From: a virus
Taxonomy: Duplodnaviria; Caudoviricetes
DNA length: 54,447 bases
IMG/VR virus record: IMGVR_UViG_3300037099_000532
Location: 1 to 54,447 of that record
Reading direction: 5' to 3' (one strand)
Part shown: in pieces, positions 8,559-16,756 of the stretch
Layout: every line of letters begins with the position of its first letter
How positions within the stretch are numbered: the first letter of the stretch is position 1
Position numbers and translations under genes: made by a program
The notes under the pieces: generated by a model
What the model saw: only the letters and a program-made list of their open reading frames with translations
Told to the model about the DNA's origin: nothing
The model's database searches: none

Positions 8559-9185
8559 TCAGGCGTTGACGCCGACGATACGGATCGCCGCCGGCGCGAC
8601 GATCGCGGTCGGCGGCGCGGCGGCGTTGATCTCGGCCACCGTCGCCGCGATCGCCGTCTCGAAGGCGGTCAACGCCGCCGCCAGCGCGGCGGGCGTCGTC
8701 GCGGCGTCCACCGCATCGTCGAGCGTCGCCAGCGCGGCCGAGAGATCGAGGTCCGCGCCCTGCATCGCCACGACCAGCGTCGCGAATGCGCTCGCCGGCA
8801 GACCGTAGACGGCCGCCAGCGCAGCGAACTTGGCCGCCAGCGGCGCGATCGTCGGCGCTGCGCCGCCATTGCCGTTGACCATCGAGGCCGCGTTTTGGAA
8901 CGCCGACTGATGCGTGGCGTCGGGATAGATCTGCGCGACGACGCTCGCGCAAGCGCCGCTCGCCGCGGCGCTCAGCGCCGTCTTGAGTTGCGCCAGCGGC
9001 GGCGCCGGCGGCGGCCCGAAGGCGCCGTTGGCGTAGCTCATGCCGACTGCGACGGCTTGATCGGTCGGCGCCGAGACCAGCGTCGCCGCGACGGCGGCGG
9101 AGAAGATCGCCGTGAGCTTTGCACCGTCCGGCAATGCAATCATTTCGGCGACGACGCCGTCGGCGATGCGCGCGTAATTGGTCAT
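8559..9185 (-). CDS. Tail fibre assembly chaperone-like protein
   Basis: YARIADGVVAE N-terminus, follows the fibre gene. Confidence 0.6.
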   Translation of the reverse strand: MTNYARIADGVVAEMIALPDGAKLTAIFSAAVAATLVSAPTDQAVAVGMSYANGAFGPPPAPPLAQLKTALSAAASGACASVVAQIYPDATHQSAFQNAASMVNGNGGAAPTIAPLAAKFAALAAVYGLPASAFATLVVAMQGADLDLSAALATLDDAVDAATTPAALAAALTAFETAIAATVAEINAAAPPTAIVAPAAIRIVGVNA

Positions 9186-9186
9186 C

Positions 9187-10335
9187 TCACCACTCCAAGA
9201 GAACGGCGCCGTCAGCGCCCGAGCCGCCCGCCCCGGCCACGAGGTAGCAAGAGCCGCCGCCGGAGCCCGGCGCGACGGCGTTCTGCAGCGCTGGCGACGA
9301 AGGGCCGTAAGCCGCCCGGCCGCCGCCGCCGAGCAGCGACGCGCCGCCGAGGCCGCTGAAGATGTTCACTCCGGCCATGCAGTCCGAGCCCATGCCGCCC
9401 GACAGGTTGAGCGCTCCGCCGGAGCCGACGCCCGGGCCCCCGCCGCCGCCGTTGGCGCCGGTGTTGTTGCCGGAGAAGCCGCCGGTGGCCGACAGGCCGA
9501 GAGCCGACGAAACGCCCCCGTTGCCGCCGCTGTTGTTGCCTGAGGCGCCGCCAAGTCCGCCCTTGCCGACGATGATTGCGTAGGCCTGGCCAGGGATGAC
9601 CGCGACCCGGCCGATCGCCGCGCCGCCGGCACCGCCGCATCCGCCGGCCGTTCCCGACGCGCAACCGGCGCCGCCGCCGCCGGCGCCGACCACCGTCGCC
9701 TTGACGCTGTTGACCCCGGCAGGACAGGTCCACGTATAGGTTCCGTTGGCGTCCCAGAACGCGAGCGCCTTAGGCGCAGCGAGGACCGAGCCCAACCGCA
9801 GTTTCTGATTCGGATCGACGACCAGCTTGAACATGCCGTCGCCGGCCATGTCGCCGACCTGAATCGCCGAGCCGTCGGAGCGCAGGATCGTCGTCGCGCC
9901 GAGCCCGCTGATATTGGCGGTCGGCGTCGTCGTCGCGTTCGGGTTTGCGCCCTTGACGACCCAGATCGTTGCGCCGGGCTTGTACTCGAGCCACGCCGGC
10001 GTCGGATTGAGCACGAGCGCGTCGGCCGAGCCGGCGTCGATCGCGAAGCTGAACTGACCGCGCTGGATCATCTGCTGCACCCCGCGCAGCAGCATGCCGT
10101 CGGTGTGATCCTCGCTGACCACCGGCGCGCCGGCGATCAGATTGCCGTTGCCGCGCAGCAGCGCGCGCAGGTTGGCGATGATTTCGTTGAGTTCTTCGGC
10201 GGTGATCGGCGTGCCGCCGGCGCCGTCGACGCAATCCTGCAGGAACGTGTCGGCCGCGCCGAAGGTGCGCGTGTCGGAGGGCCGCGTCGTCACCGAATTG
10301 GCGACGCTCGAGCTCGGTCCAAACGGGTCGGACAT
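9187..10335 (-). CDS. Tail fibre protein with Gly-rich C-terminal domain
   Basis: GTPITAEELNEI baseplate anchor; TWTCPAGV..VVGAGGGG..GADGAVLLEW Gly-rich domain. Confidence 0.85.
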   Translation of the reverse strand: MSDPFGPSSSVANSVTTRPSDTRTFGAADTFLQDCVDGAGGTPITAEELNEIIANLRALLRGNGNLIAGAPVVSEDHTDGMLLRGVQQMIQRGQFSFAIDAGSADALVLNPTPAWLEYKPGATIWVVKGANPNATTTPTANISGLGATTILRSDGSAIQVGDMAGDGMFKLVVDPNQKLRLGSVLAAPKALAFWDANGTYTWTCPAGVNSVKATVVGAGGGGAGCASGTAGGCGGAGGAAIGRVAVIPGQAYAIIVGKGGLGGASGNNSGGNGGVSSALGLSATGGFSGNNTGANGGGGGPGVGSGGALNLSGGMGSDCMAGVNIFSGLGGASLLGGGGRAAYGPSSPALQNAVAPGSGGGSCYLVAGAGGSGADGAVLLEW

Positions 10336-10346
10336 TCAGTTCTCCT

Positions 10347-11003
10347 TCACGGCGTCGTCTGATAAACGATCACGCAATGCGCGCGCACGATGCGCGCCAA
10401 CAAGCATTGCAGCGGCGAAATGTCGGGCGCGCATGCGAGCGGCATGCCGGCCTGCATCAGCCCGGCGAGCGGCGGCGTCTGATAGGCCGCGCCGTAGGCC
10501 GGGCTGCCCGACAGCGAGACGACGATCAGCAGCGTCGCCGCCGGCGGCGCGGCACCCGCGACGGCGAGGCCGGCGAGCGCTGTTCCGGCGAGCGCGCCGC
10601 AAGCCGAGCCGTCGCGCGAGCAAGCAATCGCCCAGCCCGCCCGCGCCGCTACCGCCGCGTAATAGGCGCACTGGTTGCCGCCGAGCGCCGCGACCTTCGC
10701 GCACAGATCCGGGTAAGGGTCGCAGCCGTCGGGCAGTCCGTATTCCGCCATCCACAGATCGCGTGTCTCGTCGCAGCTGGCGCAGAAGAATTCCTTCTTC
10801 AGCGCGCACAGCCGTTGGTTGACCCACGCCCAAACGGCGGCGAGCGCGTTGAAGAACTTCCAGCGCGGTGAGTCCGCTTGCAGATCGCCGCCTTCGTGCG
10901 TGCGCCACGCCCGGCCGCGCGGCAGCAGGGCGATCAATTGCGGCACGATCTGCTCTTGCGTCGGGCAGATGTCGAAGGCGTCGGAGCCGTTGGCGCAGGA
11001 CAT
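10347..11003 (-). CDS. Baseplate wedge protein, Mu gp48/YmfQ (DUF2313)-like
   Basis: LIALLPRGRAW, W..EYGLPD.C, C...IVRAH. Confidence 0.85.
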   Translation of the reverse strand: MSCANGSDAFDICPTQEQIVPQLIALLPRGRAWRTHEGGDLQADSPRWKFFNALAAVWAWVNQRLCALKKEFFCASCDETRDLWMAEYGLPDGCDPYPDLCAKVAALGGNQCAYYAAVAARAGWAIACSRDGSACGALAGTALAGLAVAGAAPPAATLLIVVSLSGSPAYGAAYQTPPLAGLMQAGMPLACAPDISPLQCLLARIVRAHCVIVYQTTP

Positions 11004-11019
11004 AGGTCTCACCGTGGAA

Positions 11020-11070
11020 AGCGAGTGGCGAATGGAGAAAGGCGATTCCACTCGCCACTCGCTATTCGCC
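11020..11070. repeat. Heptamer (GGCGAAT/AGCGAGT) inverted-repeat element 1
   Basis: GCGAGTGGCGAATGG...CCACTCGCCACTCGCTATTCGCC. Confidence 0.7.
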
Positions 11071-11097
11071 CCTCCCCGGCGCGCAGCGCCGTTCGCG

Positions 11098-12249
11098 TCA
11101 CGCGAACGTCAGCGCCCCCAGCGTCGGCACGCCGCCGGTCGCGATCGCCACGTCAGCGGTCGGCGCGATTATCACCGCGCGCTGGTCGCCGGCGGAATTG
11201 GCGACCGCCTGCGCCGCCCACAGCGCGGCGAACGACGTCGGCACGGCGAGGAACGGCATGGCGGTCAGCATGCCCGCCGTCGCCGCATCGGCGCCGGCGA
11301 CGCGGCCGAGGCGCTGGAACGTATCGAGCAGCTCGGCCCGAACGGCGTTCTGCTGCGCCGTCGTGTTCGGCGTCAGCCCTTGCACTGTGACGGCGATCGG
11401 CTGCGCCGTCGGCGCGACGACCGTCACCTGGGCGTCGCCCGGCGCATATTGCGCGATCAGATTGGCGACTGTCGCGATATGGCCGGCGTCGGCGATCCCG
11501 CCGGAAAACAGCGCGTCGAACATCGGAAAGACGCGGATCGTTCCCGCGCCGTTATAGAGCCGCTCGACAAAGGTGCGCGTGACGCCGGGAACCATGCCGG
11601 CCCACGAAACGTAGTCGGCCGGCGCGCCGCCTTGGAACGGGTTGCGCTTGCGAAACAGGATGCGGCCGCGATAGGTCGACAGGTCGGACGTGTAGGGCGC
11701 GCCGTCTGCTTCGACGTCGAGGCCGTTGGTCAAGCCGTTGGCGTCGACCGCCGCCGTCGCGGCCGCCGCGCCGGAGCCCGACGCGCCGGAGACGATGGTC
11801 AGCGCCGTTCCGGCCTGCGTGTTGCCCGCCGCCGCCGCGTTCACGGCGACCACGGCGACATTGAACGTCCCGGCCGCGCCGATCGACCCGCCGGTCGAGG
11901 CGGTGAACGCCGTCCCGTCGAGCCGCTGCAATTGCGCTCCGGCGGCGATCGCCATCGCGTCGGGCGCGGTGACCACGACGTTGCCGCTCGCCGCGCTGGC
12001 GAGCTTGCGCGCCAAACCGATCTCCGCGCCGTGGTCGTCGAGATCGGACCCGACCGCCGTCAGGGCGAATTTGGCTCGCTGGACGTCGTCCATGCGGTTG
12101 AACAGCTCCCATGCCGAACCGCCGATGACCTTGGCGCTCGGGCCGATGTTGTTCGGCCACAGCCAGGCGTCGGTGCCTGGCAGATAGGCGCGGAACGCCT
12201 GCCGCGTCTTCTCGACGCACGCGGCGAGCGACGGGATCGAAAAGGTCAT
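11098..12249 (-). CDS. Baseplate J / Mu gp47 family
   Basis: GLARKLASAASG, AAGNT, DVEAD..YRGRIL, GGAPADYVSWA. Confidence 0.92.
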   Translation of the reverse strand: MTFSIPSLAACVEKTRQAFRAYLPGTDAWLWPNNIGPSAKVIGGSAWELFNRMDDVQRAKFALTAVGSDLDDHGAEIGLARKLASAASGNVVVTAPDAMAIAAGAQLQRLDGTAFTASTGGSIGAAGTFNVAVVAVNAAAAGNTQAGTALTIVSGASGSGAAAATAAVDANGLTNGLDVEADGAPYTSDLSTYRGRILFRKRNPFQGGAPADYVSWAGMVPGVTRTFVERLYNGAGTIRVFPMFDALFSGGIADAGHIATVANLIAQYAPGDAQVTVVAPTAQPIAVTVQGLTPNTTAQQNAVRAELLDTFQRLGRVAGADAATAGMLTAMPFLAVPTSFAALWAAQAVANSAGDQRAVIIAPTADVAIATGGVPTLGALTFA

Positions 12250-12265
12250 CGCGGCGCTCCGCCGC

Positions 12266-13249
12266 TCAACGGGTGTAGGTGCAGAGAAAGCGATGCCCGG
12301 TCGTCGCTGCGTTGACCGAAACGGCCGCCTGGATCACCGTGCCCGCCAGGGTCAGCGTCGCGGAGCCGCCCGGCGCGAGATCGAAATAGTCGCCGGCGCC
12401 GGTGGTCGTCGCCGCGCCGGTCACGGAGCCGAACAGATCCTCGGTCGCCGCCACCGGGTTCTCGATCAGCAGACTCTTGCGCGAAGAATCCGCCGCCGCG
12501 GCGGTCTGCGCCGCGCCGCCGGTCGTGATCGTTCCGCCGCAGTCGGTCGGCGCGACCGCCAGCGGCGCAATCGTGCCGCCGGTCGCCTGCATCGGCGAAC
12601 CCAGCGCCGTCAGGATCGAGGTCAATCGCTGCGCCAGCCGCTGCATCTGCGCGTTGAGCGCGCACGAGGCGGTGTCGGTGGCGCAGGCGGCCGCGCCAGG
12701 CGCGCCGAGGTCGGTCTCGAGCTGCGACTCGGTGACTGCGAGGTTCGAAGCGATCAGCGACGTCAGCCGCTGGGCGATGCGCTGCAGCAGCGCGTTGACG
12801 TTGCACGAGCCGGAATCGGTCGCGCACGCGGTCGAGCCGGGCGCGCCGAAATCGAGGTAGAGACCCGACAGCCAGCCGCGAATGCCGGCCGCGCCGGCCG
12901 GCGGCGTCGCGCCGGTCGCGTCGGTCCCGTCCTGCGCCGCCCCTTGCGGCAGCGGCGGCAGGTCGGTCCCCGAGAACGGCAGACCGGTCGCCGGGTCGAC
13001 GGCGACGAAGCCGCACACCAGCGACCCGTCCGCCACCGCCCAGCAGTGCTCTTTCTGCGCGACGTGATTGCCGTCGAGGATGTTGAGGTCCTGCACGCTC
13101 GGCGTTTGCGCCGCCGCCGGCGCGACCGCCCACACCGTCATTGCGAGGAGCGCAGCGACGAAGCAATCCAGGCCGCGCCCCAATCCTTGGATGGCTTCGC
13201 TTCGCTCGCAATGACGGTTGTGGCCGAACAACATGTGTGGCTCCATCAA
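12266..13249 (-). CDS. Predicted secreted, Cys-paired repeat protein inside the baseplate operon
   Basis: Signal peptide ending APAAA/QT; two GAPG..ACATD..SC..NA..QR.AQRLTS repeats; beta-rich C-terminal domain. Confidence 0.7.
   Translation of the reverse strand: MMEPHMLFGHNRHCERSEAIQGLGRGLDCFVAALLAMTVWAVAPAAAQTPSVQDLNILDGNHVAQKEHCWAVADGSLVCGFVAVDPATGLPFSGTDLPPLPQGAAQDGTDATGATPPAGAAGIRGWLSGLYLDFGAPGSTACATDSGSCNVNALLQRIAQRLTSLIASNLAVTESQLETDLGAPGAAACATDTASCALNAQMQRLAQRLTSILTALGSPMQATGGTIAPLAVAPTDCGGTITTGGAAQTAAAADSSRKSLLIENPVAATEDLFGSVTGAATTTGAGDYFDLAPGGSATLTLAGTVIQAAVSVNAATTGHRFLCTYTR
13134..13218. repeat. CGTC-type/RPE-like palindromic repeat inserted in-frame
   Basis: ACCGTCATTGCGAG...CTCGCAATGACGGT terminal inverted repeats; encodes HCERSEAIQ..LDCFVAALLAMT. 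Confidence 0.85.
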
Positions 13250-13881
13250 GGCAGCAGCGGCGCGAGGCCGCTATTGACGGGATTGCTGAAATCGAGGCCG
13301 GGCGCGTCGTAGCGCAGCGACCCCGCCGGCGACGTCGGCATGGGGCTGAATTCCCTCGCCCAGATATTGTTGAAGCGGCGGTCGTAGATCTTGCTTCCGT
13401 TCCTGCCGTAGAGTTGCACGGCGAGATCGAGCCGGCTCGGCGGGTTGGCGTAGGCTTGCACGGCGACGCGGGCGCAGGCGCCCTGCCTCGCCAGCCCAGC
13501 GAGCGCGTCCTGGGCGAAGGTGACCGCCCAGCGCGGCGTCGCGACGGGATCGAGGATCGAGCGTTCGAGCAGCCACAGCAGCGAGCCGAGCGGGTCTTCG
13601 CCGAGATCGGTCCGCACGTCGACCGCGTCGCCCCACCAGCCGCCCATGTCGCCGTCGGGCGGCGTCAGCGGGTGGCCGTCCGGGCAGCGGCGATTGGTGA
13701 ACAACGAGTCGATCACCGCCGTGTCGAGCGGCCGCATCGCCTGCAAGCCGCCGGCGTTGTGCGGCTCGCTCGGCTGCGCGACCGCCCAATCGGCGAACCC
13801 GCCCTCGGAATTCCATACGGAATCCCACAACAGCTCCGGCTGCGCCGCGCAGCCTTCGTTGATGCGGACGTTGATGTCCAT
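13246..13881 (-). CDS. Baseplate protein, Mu gp46 family
   Basis: LDTAVIDSLFT, GGWWGD, LGSLLWLLER. Confidence 0.9.
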   Translation of the reverse strand: MDINVRINEGCAAQPELLWDSVWNSEGGFADWAVAQPSEPHNAGGLQAMRPLDTAVIDSLFTNRRCPDGHPLTPPDGDMGGWWGDAVDVRTDLGEDPLGSLLWLLERSILDPVATPRWAVTFAQDALAGLARQGACARVAVQAYANPPSRLDLAVQLYGRNGSKIYDRRFNNIWAREFSPMPTSPAGSLRYDAPGLDFSNPVNSGLAPLLP

Positions 13882-14690
13882 TACGGCGTCAAAGCCTCGA
13901 AACGGGTCGGCATGAACGAAGCGTGCGGCGCGGCGTTGCGGGCGATCAGGTCGGCGGCGCGGGTCGGATCGCCGTACAGCCGATAGGCCCACCACAGGCT
14001 CGGCAACGAGATCGCCGCCGACACCGTCATCACCGGCTTGGCGTTGATGATCGCCTGACTGAGATAGGCGACGCAGGCGTCGCGCGTCTTGATCAGCCCG
14101 GCCGCCCACGGCGCGTCGACCGCGCCCTGACATTGGTCGATCTCGCGCTCGAACCGTTCGACGCAATCGGCCCGCGCCGTGATCGCGCTTGGCCGGTCGG
14201 CATAGGTCGTCAGCACCAAGGCTTGCGCGTAGGCGCCGAGCAGCACGCCGCGCGACAATCGCGCGACGATCTGCAGGTTCTCGGCGTCGACCAGCCGATT
14301 GGCCGTCTGGGTCGGCGCCGCCGCGGCGTCGGCCGTCGCGTCGGCCTCGGCGGCGAACACGGCGACCGCGCTCGCCGGCGCCATCGCCTCCGCAATTCCG
14401 TTGGCGATGGCGAACAGTCCAGTCGCCACGCTCGGGTCGATCCCGCTCGTCTCGCTGACCAGCGTCGGGATGACGTTGTAGAGCGCGACCAGCGCGTTGC
14501 TCAGCCCGGTCACCGCCGCGGTCGGCGCCGACACGGTCGCCGACGACGCCGGCCCGGCGGCGACGGCGGTCTTGAACGCCGCCGCTTTGGCCCCGTCGAG
14601 CGTGTTGGCGGCGGCGATCGCCTCGAGCGTCGCGACGAGATCCTGCAACCCCGTCACGACGTCGGCGAGGACCCAATTGGGGTAGGCCAT
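13881..14690 (-). CDS. Mu gp43 (DNA circulation protein) C-terminal-domain-like protein
   Basis: Helical body then SLPSLWWAYRLYGDPTRAADLIARN..PHASFMP. Confidence 0.75.
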   Translation of the reverse strand: MAYPNWVLADVVTGLQDLVATLEAIAAANTLDGAKAAAFKTAVAAGPASSATVSAPTAAVTGLSNALVALYNVIPTLVSETSGIDPSVATGLFAIANGIAEAMAPASAVAVFAAEADATADAAAAPTQTANRLVDAENLQIVARLSRGVLLGAYAQALVLTTYADRPSAITARADCVERFEREIDQCQGAVDAPWAAGLIKTRDACVAYLSQAIINAKPVMTVSAAISLPSLWWAYRLYGDPTRAADLIARNAAPHASFMPTRFEALTP

Positions 14691-14697
14691 GCCGCTC

Positions 14698-15201
14698 CTA
14701 AGGATTCGGGACGCCGGTGTTGGCGCCGCCCGGCGTCACGCCGCCGTGAACATGCGTCGCGCCGATGTCGAGCGTCTGATGGGTCACCGTCCCGCCGACG
14801 ATCGCCACGCCGGCGCCAGTGATCGTCAGGCTGACGCCGCCGACGACCAGCTCGATCGTGCTGGCGTGAACGACGCGCAGCTTCGCCTGCACCACGCTCA
14901 CCGCGTCGCCATAGGCGTCGTAGAGCACCGTGCCGCCCGCCGGCGTGTTGGTCGGCCGCTTGCCCGGATGTTCGAACCCGAGCGCATGCGCCCGGTCGAA
15001 GCCGCCGCCGAGCGCCAGGATCAACCCCTCGGCGCCGGCCGGCGGCACGCTCGACAGCCCGAAATGCTGGCTGCGCACCGCCTCGCCGATCGGCTGACCG
15101 GCGAGGCCGGTCAGCTTCATCAGTTGTTGCGGCCCGCTGTCGTCGACGCTCTGCAGCGCGGCGCGCAGCAGTTGCGAGCGGATGTTCGGGTCGTAGCTCA
15201 C
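14698..15201 (-). CDS. Baseplate spike, Mu gp45 family
   Basis: VDDSG..Q, QHFGLSSVPPAG, GGTVLYD, terminal THVHGGV; GTG start overlapping the gp44 stop. Confidence 0.88.
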   Translation of the reverse strand: MSYDPNIRSQLLRAALQSVDDSGPQQLMKLTGLAGQPIGEAVRSQHFGLSSVPPAGAEGLILALGGGFDRAHALGFEHPGKRPTNTPAGGTVLYDAYGDAVSVVQAKLRVVHASTIELVVGGVSLTITGAGVAIVGGTVTHQTLDIGATHVHGGVTPGGANTGVPNP

Positions 15202-16280
15202 TGCGCGTCCGAGTCGTCGAAGCCCCAGTCGGCGCCCGACTTGTTGACCCCGCCGCCCCGCCCGCCGTGGGCGCGCGGATCGACGAGCTCCATGACGCAA
15301 TACGTGCCTTCCGTCGCCGCGCCGCCCTGCTCGTAGGAGACATGCTCGATCAGCATGTATTGGCAGAGATAGAGCGACGGCGAAACGGTGTAGGCCTTGT
15401 TGCCGGGAGTCCACAGCATGCCCTTGGCGTCCCGCCAGCCGCGCACATGCACGTTGGCGCGCACGCCTTCGCCTTGCTCCTTGTCGCGCCGCCGCTTCGC
15501 GCGGCGCAGAAGGCGCGCCCGGTCGGTGTGACGGTCATGGTGATGATGCAGCGGCCGATAGCGCGTCACGTTGGCGTTGTTGGCGACGGCGTGAATGGCG
15601 ATCGCCTGCGCCCCAGAGCCCTTGTAGGCTTGGCCGTGTACGTTGACGACTGAGTGCTGAGCGGAAACGTCGAATGCGCCCCCCGCCTTCCAAATTCCGC
15701 CAAGCCCCGCCATACCTTCGACGAGCGCGCTCGCCTGCGCCTGGGCGCTTTCGCCGGCGCGGGTAATCTTGATCGACCCGTCCGCCTGGCCGGCCATCGT
15801 CGCGCCCTCTTCCTCGCACAGCGGAGCCAGCGCTTCCCACAACGTCTGGCCAGGGTTCGGTCGCCAGCGGTCGAAACCGTCAGGCGTGAAATCGGCGGCG
15901 AAGCCGACGCCGAAGGCGTCCTGATCCTTCGCCACCGCCAGCACGTCGGCGTTGACATAGTCCGGCTTGGTATGGTCGACGCTGCAATCGACGGCGTCCT
16001 GGCCTTTGCTGCGCCCCGTGACGATGCAGACGTAGCTCTTGTCCTCGAATTTCGGCTCCCGCCTGTCAATATAACCGGTGAAGACGAGGTCGCCGCTGGC
16101 AGTCGCCGAGATCGGCGAGCCGAGCGGAAAGATCGTCGGCGCCAGCGGCGCGCCGAGCACGTCGTCGAAGGTGATCGACAACGTCCGCGCCGCATCCTTG
16201 ACGCCGGCGCCGATCGCGATCTTCTTGAACGTCGCAACGTCGCCGCCAGCGGCGTGGACGACGACCTGCTCCAGCGCCAT
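15198..16280 (-). CDS. Baseplate hub, Mu gp44/P family
   Basis: VFTGYID, GRSKGQDAVDCS, GWRDAKGMLWTPG. Confidence 0.88.
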   Translation of the reverse strand: MALEQVVVHAAGGDVATFKKIAIGAGVKDAARTLSITFDDVLGAPLAPTIFPLGSPISATASGDLVFTGYIDRREPKFEDKSYVCIVTGRSKGQDAVDCSVDHTKPDYVNADVLAVAKDQDAFGVGFAADFTPDGFDRWRPNPGQTLWEALAPLCEEEGATMAGQADGSIKITRAGESAQAQASALVEGMAGLGGIWKAGGAFDVSAQHSVVNVHGQAYKGSGAQAIAIHAVANNANVTRYRPLHHHHDRHTDRARLLRRAKRRRDKEQGEGVRANVHVRGWRDAKGMLWTPGNKAYTVSPSLYLCQYMLIEHVSYEQGGAATEGTYCVMELVDPRAHGGRGGGVNKSGADWGFDDSDAQ

Positions 16281-16282
16281 CG

Positions 16283-16756
16283 CTAGAGCCCGATCTGCGC
16301 CGTCAGGCTCGCCGCCGCAGCGGCGAGCGCCTCGACGGCGTCGAAGGCGAGTTGGGCGAGGAATTCGGCCGGCTGCAGCGGCGAGGAGACGCCTTCGCGG
16401 ATGAACTTCGCCTCGAAGCCGAAGCGGCCCATCTTGTCGCGCAGGCGATCGCGCTTGAGTCTTTCGCAGCGGGCCGTAATCGGCCCCTGCGCCGGCATGA
16501 TCAGGACGCCGGCGTCCGACCCGTCGCCGCAAGCCGCCTCGAGCGCCGCGATTTCGTCATCGGCGGAGTCGCCGATCAGATAGCCGGTGATCTCGATCGT
16601 GCGCGCCTTGCGACCCAGATCCTCATTGAACGGCTCGTCCGCGCCGGCAAACTCGCTCGACGAGACGCGCCGACCCGTGTCGGCATGGTCGCGCTCGACC
16701 CAGAAGGGGACGCCCTTGTAGGACGCCGGCCACAGCGTCGCCATCCAATCGCGCAT
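16283..16756 (-). CDS. DNA circularization protein N-terminal domain (Mu gp43-N), stand-alone
   Basis: LWPASYKGVPFWV..TGRR..EDLGR..ITGYLIG; ends at 157 aa. Confidence 0.88.
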   Translation of the reverse strand: MRDWMATLWPASYKGVPFWVERDHADTGRRVSSSEFAGADEPFNEDLGRKARTIEITGYLIGDSADDEIAALEAACGDGSDAGVLIMPAQGPITARCERLKRDRLRDKMGRFGFEAKFIREGVSSPLQPAEFLAQLAFDAVEALAAAAASLTAQIGL

